A DNA stretch of 64,000 bases, from contig CAVPZX010000003.1 of the NCBI GenBank assembly GCA_963710375.1, positions 352,001 through 416,000 on the forward strand, given 5' to 3'. Below are positions 54,964-64,000 of this stretch, one piece after another. A model generated the notes under the pieces. That model was not told where the DNA came from and searched no databases. It worked only from the letters and a program-made list of their open reading frames with translations. Origin of the DNA: Nitrospirota bacterium. Lineage in GTDB: Bacteria > Nitrospirota > Thermodesulfovibrionia > Thermodesulfovibrionales > Dissulfurispiraceae. A program made the translations under genes and the position numbers. Each line of letters opens with the position of its first letter. The first letter of the stretch is position 1.

Positions 54964-56472
54964 TTACTCTTTGCCTGTTCCTCTCGGTATGGGCAGGCGA
55001 ATAAGGAATATGGTACCGCTGCCAGGTTTGCTATCGACTGCTATGCAGCCGTCGTGTTCTACTATGATTTCATGTACAATGGATAACCCGAGCCCGGAAC
55101 CTTTCCCAACGTCTTTTGTAGTAAAAAAAGGATCGAATACCTTGGGCAACACATCGGCATCTATACCCGATCCGGTATCCGATATCTCTATATCAACGGT
55201 ATCGTCTTCAACAGTGCACTTACCATGATACTTCAGGTAATTGTATATCTCCGGTTCGTCTTCGTGCGCTTTCTCGATAGCACTCCGCCGCTGCGCCCTG
55301 ACATAGACTATGCCTTCGTCTGGAATAGCTTCGATGGCATTTTTGATCAGATTAAGAAAGACCTGCTGAATCCGCTGTTTGTCGGCGAATATTACCACGT
55401 CGTTTGGCACACTGACTTCTATATCGACTTTTGTCGGCACCTGCCCTTTTACAAAACGTATGGTCTCTTCAATGAGGTTTTTAAGCGGCAGCGTCTCTTT
55501 CTTGAAATCCTTGTTCCTCGAGAACTCAAGCAGCGACTTGACGATATTCCTTGCCCTGTCTGTCTGTTCGTCGATCTGTGAAAGGAGTTCCTTCTTATAC
55601 TCCATGTCATCCTCAGCGACTTCTTCAGTTAGAATCTGGCATGAGGTTGAGATATTTGAAAGAGGGTTGTTGAGTTCATGAGCTATTCCTGACAGCAGGG
55701 TACCCAGCGATGCAAGTTTCTCTGTCTGGATAAGGTGCCTCTGCCGCAACTCGAGTTCCTTGAGCATTTTATTGAAAGCATTTGTAAGCGACACAATCTC
55801 CCTGTCTTTTGAGTCCATGTGTATGATTTCGAACCGTCCTTCCGCAATTGTTTCCATGCTTTCTTCGAGAAGCTTAAGCGGCTTGATCACCATCCTGGTC
55901 AGTATCTGCCCCACTACAATACCCAGAAGCGAAAGAGAGATGATCGAAATAATAAGCATGCTTTGTGAATTGTGAAGCTGGACCTGGAGACGTTTTCTCT
56001 CGGTATTGGCAATATCATCAGCCGCGTCCACGATCTCTTTTCCCGTCTTTCTGATCATGCTGTCGAGGACTTCCTTATTCGATGTCCCGATTTGCGGGTT
56101 TGCATATTGCTCCATCATTTTTTTGTATTCCTTCAGGTTTTGGAGCAGCATCGCGGTTTGCATTGGCCGGGCAACAGTATTGAATTCAGCGAGATTGTCC
56201 TCAAGGGATTTTTGCGCCTGGCTCACATAATTAAGAGTTTCCCGGTAATCGGATTCATGCTTGTAGAGGAAAAAGTTCTTCTCAAAGCGCCGCGCTTCAA
56301 GCGTAGAATTGAAAAATTCAGTGATGGTTTTACCGAAAAGGATTTTTTTTTCAAAAAATCTGAGTTCCATAAATGAAAAAACGGAAAGGGCGATGATTAT
56401 GGGGACAATTCCATAATAGCCGAATGCTATTTTTTGCCTGATACTCGGCCGGTACCTGAATTTTTTCAGCAT
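54964..56472 (-). CDS. Membrane sensor histidine kinase (four-helix-bundle-type sensor, HAMP, HisKA)
   Basis: RRFEKNFFLY, GIAHELNNPL, FFTTK, GSGLGL. Confidence 0.95.
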   Translation of the reverse strand: MLKKFRYRPSIRQKIAFGYYGIVPIIIALSVFSFMELRFFEKKILFGKTITEFFNSTLEARRFEKNFFLYKHESDYRETLNYVSQAQKSLEDNLAEFNTVARPMQTAMLLQNLKEYKKMMEQYANPQIGTSNKEVLDSMIRKTGKEIVDAADDIANTERKRLQVQLHNSQSMLIISIISLSLLGIVVGQILTRMVIKPLKLLEESMETIAEGRFEIIHMDSKDREIVSLTNAFNKMLKELELRQRHLIQTEKLASLGTLLSGIAHELNNPLSNISTSCQILTEEVAEDDMEYKKELLSQIDEQTDRARNIVKSLLEFSRNKDFKKETLPLKNLIEETIRFVKGQVPTKVDIEVSVPNDVVIFADKQRIQQVFLNLIKNAIEAIPDEGIVYVRAQRRSAIEKAHEDEPEIYNYLKYHGKCTVEDDTVDIEISDTGSGIDADVLPKVFDPFFTTKDVGKGSGLGLSIVHEIIVEHDGCIAVDSKPGSGTIFLIRLPIPRGTGKE

Positions 56473-56539
56473 GATTTCACTCTATCATAAGAATATTGCA
56501 AAAAGCAACGATTGAGCAAAATGATGTAACATTAGGAAA

Positions 56540-56654
56540 TAGTGAAACGTGAAAGGTGAATAGTGAATCGTCAATGGCATGCAAATCGGCGGCGTCTTAA
56601 TGCTTGTCCTTACTTTTTCTTTTCACCTTTCACTTTTCACGATTCACCTTTCAC
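56540..56654. repeat. Hairpin of inverted heptamer repeats (GTGAANN / NNTTCAC)
   Basis: gtgaaacgtgaaaggtgaatagtgaa ... ttcacctttcacttttcacgattcacctttcac. Confidence 0.85.
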
Positions 56655-56660
56655 TGTTGT

Positions 56661-58677
56661 TTATGTCAGCACAAGATCGATGACTTCATTAATGGTATCG
56701 GCGAAATGAATAGTCATGCCGTCTGTTACTTCGGCGGACAGCTCGTCCATTTCAGCCTTGTTGCGTTCAGGAAGAATAACGGTTTTTACATTAGCCCTTT
56801 TAGCTGCAAGGACCTTTTCTTTGATGCCCCGGACCGGTAATATCCGCCCGGTCAGCGTAATCTCTCCGGTCATGGCCACATCGCGTCTGGCTGGCCTCCT
56901 GGTCAGCAGCGAAAAAAGCGACATGGCTATGGTTATGCCTGCGGACGGGCCGTCTTTTTGTATGGCTCCGGAGGGCACATGAATATGTATATCATGGTGC
57001 TCAAAAAAATCCTCCGGTATGCTGTAAAGGGCGGCATTGCTTCTCACGAAACTCAATGCTGCCTGCGCCGATTCTCTCATAACTTCGCCAAGGGAACCGG
57101 TCATTATAAGTTCTTTCTTCCCCTTCATGGCTACAGCCTCGACAAAGATAATGTCGCCTCCCGCTTCGGTGAGTACAAGGCCTGTGGCAACTCCAATTTT
57201 GTCTTTCTCGCCGGCAACTTCGTAGTAATGATGCCCCTGTCCCAGATATCGAACAACATCACCGGGGGCGATAGTTACAGTATTTGGTCTCGCATCGGGG
57301 GAGCTTGAGCACTGCACCATTTCTCTTGCTATCTTTCGGCATATGGTCGCAATCTCCCTTTCCATGTTCCTGGTGCCGGCTTCATGAGTATAATTATCTA
57401 TAATGCTTGCAATAGCGTCTTGAGTGAACACAACAGGGCCGTATTCGATACCCTTTTCCCTGAGCTGCCTGGGGACAATGAATTGAGAAGCGATCTGTAT
57501 TTTCTCTTCGCGCGTGAAGCCGGTGAATTCTATCACTTCCATGCGGTCTCTAAGCGGCGCAGGAATGTTTTCGATCGTATTGGAAGTCAGAATAAACACG
57601 ACAAAGGAAAGATCAAATGGGACATCAAGATAGTGGTCAACAAAGCTGTGGTTTTGCTCAGAGTCCAGGACCTCAAGCAACACTGAGGAGGGATCTCCCT
57701 TGAAATCACGACCTATTTTGTCGAGTTCATCCAGCATGATGACAGGATTGGAAGATTCCGCCCTCCGTATCTCTTCGATAATCCTTCCGGGTTTAGCGCC
57801 AACATAAGTACGGCGGTGGCCCCTCAGACTCTGCTTCGTCTTTCAGTCCGCCCAGCGCTATCCTGGCGAATTTTCTTCCCAGGGCGTCGGCGATGGCTTT
57901 GCCCATGGATGTCTTGCCTGTGCCGGGAGGGCCTGCAAAGCACAGGACAGAACCCCTGATGTTCTGAGTTTTTGTCCTGCTTTCCAGTGCCTCCCGAACA
58001 GCGGTGCGTACTTCCTCGAGTTTGAAGGGTTTCGAAATATAGGAGAAAGCGCCTTTCTTCATTGCCTCTACAGCAGAAGAGACAGTGGCATACCCGGTCA
58101 CCATTATGACCTTGGTATCGGGCCGCGTCTGTCTTATGCTTTCAAGTACTTCCAGGCCGCTGACACCCGGCATTTTAAGATCCGAGATTACCACATCGAA
58201 TGAAGCCTCAGAAAGCTTTGCCAAAGCATCGCGGCCGTCCTCCGCGGTCAAAACTTCATACGCGTCTTTCTGAAGAATGTGCGACAGGTTTTTTCTCGCG
58301 ACTTCTTCATCATCGACGATAAGTATACGCGATTTTCTGTTCATGATAAGGGATTTGACCGCCAGATGTTCGAGAATCCTCTCTTTGATTGCAGGCAGGC
58401 CATAATGGTTCCTGTCCAGTATGGCTTTAGCGTTTGCAAGATCAATGCTGTCCTCAGTCTTTTTATTCCATGGAAGTGCCAGCAGGTAATCGATATAAGT
58501 CATGCCTATGGAATATTCCGTGGTAGAGGGACTTATCCTCGAAAGGCCCTCCAGTTCATGAAGGGCGATCTTTTCGACCCGGGGTGGCATATTGGCAGAG
58601 GCGATCGACTCCCGGAGTTCATCGAGCGCCGTCTCTTCCCGATGCTCGTCGCCATCGTTCTTTTTAAAGAATTTCAT
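56661..58677 (-). CDS. lon: Lon protease variant with no N-domain and an inserted REC domain; apparent 1-bp insertion at 57828 (about 671 aa when restored)
   Basis: LPW, HYGL..IKERILEHLAV, REC, GPPGTGKT, restored DEAELRGHRRTYVGA, LDELDK, KDGPSAG, GIKEK. Confidence 0.9.
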
Positions 58678-58937
58678 TGTTTGTATATTATCACAGATGC
58701 GTCAAATTAGGAATTTTAGTAGTGGGTCAGTGGTAATCTGCAGCCAATTTGCACAAGATGCAGAATATAATGAAATTTATTTGCGATACATAGTAAAATG
58801 ACACCTATAGAGCGTTGCAGACCACTAAGCTCTCGGATGTCTTCAAGGTGAGTTTCTTGCCGGAATGACATTTCAACAATTTTATGTAATGGATTTCGGG
58901 TTATCTTTATTTCTTGAAAGTTAACCCGGAGGTAATT

Positions 58938-61900
58938 ATGAGCCATAACTTATTTATAGATCAGATGGACTATATTTATTTCATCTATGGTCTTGCCTTT
59001 ATTCTGCTTGGTGCGGTGACTCACTTTCTGTCCCGTATTGACAAAAGGCTGCCCTGGACATGGCTCTGCATGTTCGGTTTTATTCATGGCTTCAACGAAT
59101 GGCTGGATATGTTGGCTTTCAGCCTGGGTAACAGTACTATATTCAGTCTTCTGCGTATGTTGTTAATGGTCGCTTCTTTTCTTCTTCTCGTGGAGTTTGC
59201 AAGAAATGGAACCTCTGCGTTGCAGGGGAGAAATGTGTCTAAGTGGGTTCTAGTGCCCTTTCTGGTGTTAGCTGTCTCTGGCGCATTAACAGGGATCGAG
59301 GGGTTAACTGTATCCTGCCGATATGCACTTGGCCTACCTGGAGGGATCTGGTCAGCATGGGTTTTATATCGCTATTCAGATAAGCCCGATCATTTGGAAA
59401 GCGGACGGTGGCTGACATATGCAGCCTTGGCAATGGCTTTTTATGGTTTTTCCGCAGGTTTTATAGTACCGCCATCAGCATTTTTCCCAGCATCTCAGAT
59501 CAATTATGATTCGTTTCTCGCGACTGCTGGCTTCCCGGTTCAGGCAATGCGGTGTTTTCTGGCACTAGTTATCACTCTTGGTTTGTGGCAGCACTATCGT
59601 TCGTGTCATGAGTCTGTCATTTCAATATGGCAAAGATTCTCGTCATAGGCTCATAGGCCGCCTGCTGGTAATTGCTGTCATCTCTGTGCTTGCAATAGGT
59701 TGGGTAATGACAGGCTATTTTGGAAAAGTCGGATTCAACAATGATCTGGCACGTGGGCACTCGAGGTTAAAGTATTATCAGATCCATTTATCTTCCCTGC
59801 TCCAGACAGTTGACAAGGTCGCGATTGCAGTTTCTGAAAGCCCATCTTTGAGCTCAATGACTTCAACTGGAGGGGGTATCAATGAAAAAGCTGTTAATTC
59901 AACTGTTGACCGATACAGCAGCCTTGTTCCGGATACAATCATCTACATCATAAATACTGAAGGGATAACTGTTGCGTCATCCAACCGAAACACACCATCG
60001 AGCTTCGTCGGCGTGTCTTATTTGAAGCGCCCATATTTTTCGGAAGCCTTGAAGGGAACTGCTTCGTTTTATGTAGCTATGGGAATTATGACAAAAAAAC
60101 CGGGCTATTTTGCGAGCTACCCCATCCGTAATCGGTCCGGAAGAATCACAGGGGTAGCGGTTGTCAAATATACCTTAGATGTTGCAACTGAAGGTGAAGA
60201 GAATTACTTCTTGATTGATTACAATGGAATAATTCTTGGCGCCTCCAATCACGATCTGATTATGCGTGAGCTCTGGCCGCTCTCCGGGAATACCCGTCGG
60301 TTTCTGAGAGAGTCCGGGCAGTATCCCTTGTCAGGCAAGGCGCCTCTTTTGGCTGAAACACCTGAAAATGAAAAGCATGTTTATTATGCCGGCAAGCAAG
60401 CCCGCTTTTTGATGATGGAAGTTCCTGACAAGAGAATGTCTTTTGTTTCTATCGGACAGTTCCGGGATCATAAACTGATGCGTCTGTTGGGTATCGGAGG
60501 CACCTTATTCATTGTCCTTCTCAACATCGGCGTCTTTATTATCGAAGAGCATCAGGAGGCGGATAAAGACGCTCTGCGAAAATCGGAATATGCACTCCGC
60601 AGAGTTTTTGATCATGTATATGACGCTGTTCTTGTCCATGATCGGAACGGAGACATAATGGATATCAATGAGCGGGCACTCGCCCTATATGGCGTTACGC
60701 GTCAGGACGCTCTAAAAATGAGTATTATTAAAGATTTCTTAGGAAAGGACAATCCTGCGGATAAGGTTTCTTTATTGTGGGAAAAGGTGCTTCTCGGAGA
60801 GCCTCAAAACTTTGAATGTAAGGCTCGCCGACCCGGGGATGGCACTGAGTTTTATGTGGATATGTTTTTCGACAGGATGGAACTTTCTGGAAGGCATGTT
60901 GTTGTTGCTACAGTCAGGGACATTACTGACAGCAAGAGGACAATGGAAGAGCTTCAGAAACTTTCACAAGCGATACGGCAAAGTGCATCTGCTGTTACCA
61001 TAACAGACACGCAGGGCAGGATAGAATTTGTAAATCCGCAGGCTGAAAAAGTTACGGGATATTCGGCAAGCGAGGTTTTGGGGCAAAACCCAATGATGTT
61101 CAGATCCGGAATTCACCCCGATGAGTTTTACAATTCCATATTCGAGACCTTGAGGTCAGGGCACGAGTGGGTCGGCGAGATATGCAACAGGAACAAAAAA
61201 GGTGACTTATACTGGGAGCACTCCTCTATCGCTCCTGTATTGAACCAAGAGGGCAATATCACTCATTACATCCTGGTCAATGAAGATATAACTGAGCGAA
61301 AACAGATTGAAGAGGCTCTCAAGAAGGCGAAGACGGCTGCGGAAGCGGCGAATGTGGCAAAGAGCGATTTTCTGGCAAACATGAGCCACGAAATCCGCAC
61401 CCCATTGAACGGCATAATGGGGATGACCGGTTTGCTTCTAGACACAGGGCTTTCTGAGGAGCAGCGGAACTATGCCGAGATGCTGCGCTCAAGCGGCGAG
61501 CTGTTGCTGGGCCTGATCAACGACATCCTTGACTTCTCCAAGATAGAGGCAGGCAAACTGGAGATAGAGACAATAGAGTTTGATCTGAGAAACACGCTTG
61601 AAGAGACTGCGGAGTTTCTGGCCTTGAGGGCCCACGAAAAGGGTCTGGAGTTAATATGCCGGATAGACCCCGGCGTCCACACATTCCTAATAGGCGACCC
61701 TGGCCGGCTTCGCCAGGTATTAGTGAACCTGATAGGGAATGCCATCAAGTTCACCTCAGTGGGCGAGGTGGTTATCGAAGCGGTGACGGAATATGAGAGA
61801 GACGGTCAGGTAGCGGTGCGTTTCAATATTAGGGATACTGGCATTGGGATACCAGAAGACAAACTGCCTTTATTGTTTGACAGTTTTCAGCAGGTTGATG

Positions 61901-63330
61901 CCTCTACATCGAGGAAGTTTGGAGGCAGCGGCTTAGGGTTGGCAATATCTAGGCGTCTGGTTGAGCTAATGAATGGCAGGATAGGGGTTGAAAGCATAGA
62001 AGGGAAGGGTTCCAACTTCTGGTTTACAGCAGTGTTCGATAAGGGGAGTCAGCCGGACAGGGGAGAAATGCCTCCATTTGCCGATATCAGCGGGGTGAGG
62101 ATACTGTCAGTAGACGACAATGCGGTGAACCGCATCGTAATTGCAGAGCAGATGAAGTCGTGGGGGGTGCGCCATGCCGAGGCCGGGGGAGCTTTAACGG
62201 CAATGGAGATGCTCCATGCCGCTCAAGCTGAAGGGGATCCTTTTCGGGTTGTAGTTACTGATATGCAAATGCCTGGGATGGATGGCGAAGCCCTTGCCAG
62301 GGCCATCAAGGCAGACCCAGTTTTGAGGGACACTTTGCTGATTATGCTGACATCCAGTGGAGTGAGGGGAGATTCAAAGCGGCTTGCGAGCCTTGGATTT
62401 TCCGCATATCTAACCAAACCTGTAAGGATGTTCCAACTGCACGACTGCATAGCCGCAGTCCTTGGCGGGAGCAGTCTGCATGAAAAGGCCCAGGAATCCG
62501 CCATTATTACGAAGCATTGGCTTCGTGAGGCATCCAGGCAGAATGCGCGCATTCTACTGGTGGAGGATAACAAAGTGAATAAACTGGTGGCAGAGGGCAT
62601 TCTGGGCAAATTGGGGTTTATTGCTGACACCGCTGACAATGGCCAGCAGGCGATCAATATGCTGGAAGCCGCTTCTTACGACATAGTCTTCATGGATGTG
62701 CAGATGCCTGTTATGGATGGATATCAGGCGACCATGGCTATCCGGGGTGGCAAGACAAAGGCAGCGAATCCTAATGTACCTATTATTGCAATGACAGCCC
62801 ATGCCATGATGGGTGACAGGGAGAAATGCCTGCAATGTGGGATGGACGATTATATCTCAAAGCCGATCTCTCCGAGGAAGTTGTCCAAGGTGCTCGAAAA
62901 GTGGCTGCCACAGGCGCGGGTCAAGTTGCCGGCGGAAACTGATACGACCCATGATAAGACAGCAGCGGCAGTAGAAGCATTGCCGGTCTTTGACTATGCA
63001 GGGCTTATGGAACGAATAATGGATGACAAGGGTTTGGCTGGAACAATCGTTACGGCATTCATGAAAGAAATACCCTGGATGGTTGATGACCTCAGGGTGC
63101 AGATAGCGCGTGGCGATGCTGGACTTGCGGGCAGACAAGCCCACAAGATCAAGGGGGCAGCGGCCAACACAGGATGTATGGCAATGAGCGCCATAGCAGC
63201 TGATATGCAGAAGGCCGGAGAACAAGGGGAAATGGAGACACTGATTGCACTTATGCCTGAGCTTGAAAGCCAGCTTGAGTTACTGAAGGCTAAAATCAAA
63301 GACTCGGGGATAGTAGACAGGCGCAGTTGA
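58938..63330 (+). CDS. Hybrid sensor histidine kinase copy 3 (multi-TM sensor, dCache-like, 2xPAS, HisKA-HATPase-REC-REC-HPt); apparent 1-bp insertion near 59613
   Basis: ORF 58914-59648 ([18 protein letters not shown] membrane sensor) overlaps ORF 59578-63330; GGAGG RBS before ATG 58938. Confidence 0.88.
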
Positions 63331-63399
63331 AAGCGTCCCGATATGGCATTATTAATAATCCTTTTCATGATATAATTTTCTTAGCACAGGAGGACATTC

Positions 63400-63780
63400 T
63401 TGGAAGGACTAAGAATATTGGTAATAGACGATGAATATATCACGCGGATTTTTATTAAGAGTTGCCTGCAAATGTCTTTCCCGGGCTGCATAATAGTTGA
63501 GGCGGCCTCCGGACAAGCTGCATTAGAAAAGATTAAGAGCGAGCCATTCCATATTGTGCTGTGCGACTGGCAATTGCCGGATATAAGTGGGGTCGAAATA
63601 CTCGAATGGGTCAGGGTCGCATCGGATACAAAAAATATGCCCTTCATGATGATAACGGGTGATAGCAACAGGGAACACATTACCAAAGCGATATCATTGG
63701 GGGTCTCGGGTTATGTCATCAAGCCATTGGACTGCGCGAGTCTGTCACAACGTATCGTAGCAGCATTGGTCCCAAAGTAG
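63400..63780 (+). CDS. CheY-like single-domain response regulator
   Basis: VIDDE, LCDWQLP, ITG, IKP; AGGAGG RBS with TTG start. Confidence 0.9.
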   Translation: MEGLRILVIDDEYITRIFIKSCLQMSFPGCIIVEAASGQAALEKIKSEPFHIVLCDWQLPDISGVEILEWVRVASDTKNMPFMMITGDSNREHITKAISLGVSGYVIKPLDCASLSQRIVAALVPK

Positions 63781-63820
63781 CGCGGGATATCTGTAGAGAC
63801 ACTGCGCTAAGCCGGCCCGC

Positions 63821-64000
63821 TCAGTCACCTGCCTTGAGTATGCCCGATGCGGCAAGCGCCAGAATTAAAACCTCAATAACGGAGAAGACGACGTACAGCA
63901 TATCTTTCTTTCTGTATAATATCGGGATGATCCTCAGATAACACAAGATCGTCACACCGGCAAGGAAAGCAATGCTGACGAAATTAAGAAAATCACCTTT
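63821..64000 (-). CDS. C-terminal fragment of a DUF1634-like membrane protein (partial)
   Basis: Hand translation KGDFLNFVSIAFLAGVTILCYLRIIPILYRKKDMLYVVFSVIEVLILALAASGILKAGD*. Confidence 0.7.
   Translation of the reverse strand, partial: KGDFLNFVSIAFLAGVTILCYLRIIPILYRKKDMLYVVFSVIEVLILALAASGILKAGD

Overview
Bacterial chromosomal window, probably from an anaerobic Nitrospirota (Thermodesulfovibrionia-like) or Desulfobacterota genome; this is inferred from gene content only. Housekeeping blocks are osmC-ymdB-rny with 6S RNA, nadA, rplU-rpmA-obgE-proB, glyQS, deaD, yacG, dapB, rubredoxin, ilvBN, pyrR-pyrB-pyrC-carA-carB, tat genes and uvrA, interleaved with many signalling genes. Main observations: (1) a Lon protease lacking its N-domain, with an intact receiver (REC) domain inserted in the AAA+ module, encoded upstream of a histidine kinase and a sigma54 activator whose REC is very similar; (2) three near-identical, mosaic copies of a ~2 kb HisKA-HATPase-REC-REC-HPt output cassette fused to three different sensor inputs; (3) a ~180 bp TAA-targeting MITE family with an open reading frame, which has entered the pyrC 5' end and the deaD leader and whose ends supply start or stop codons to other genes; (4) three frameshifts that all resolve by removing one base in the same AG(T)CTG context; (5) two related stem-closed motifs between 6S RNA and rny; (6) many intergenic hairpins built from inverted short tandem repeats. 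No CRISPR array, tRNA, rRNA, transposase or prophage was recognised.
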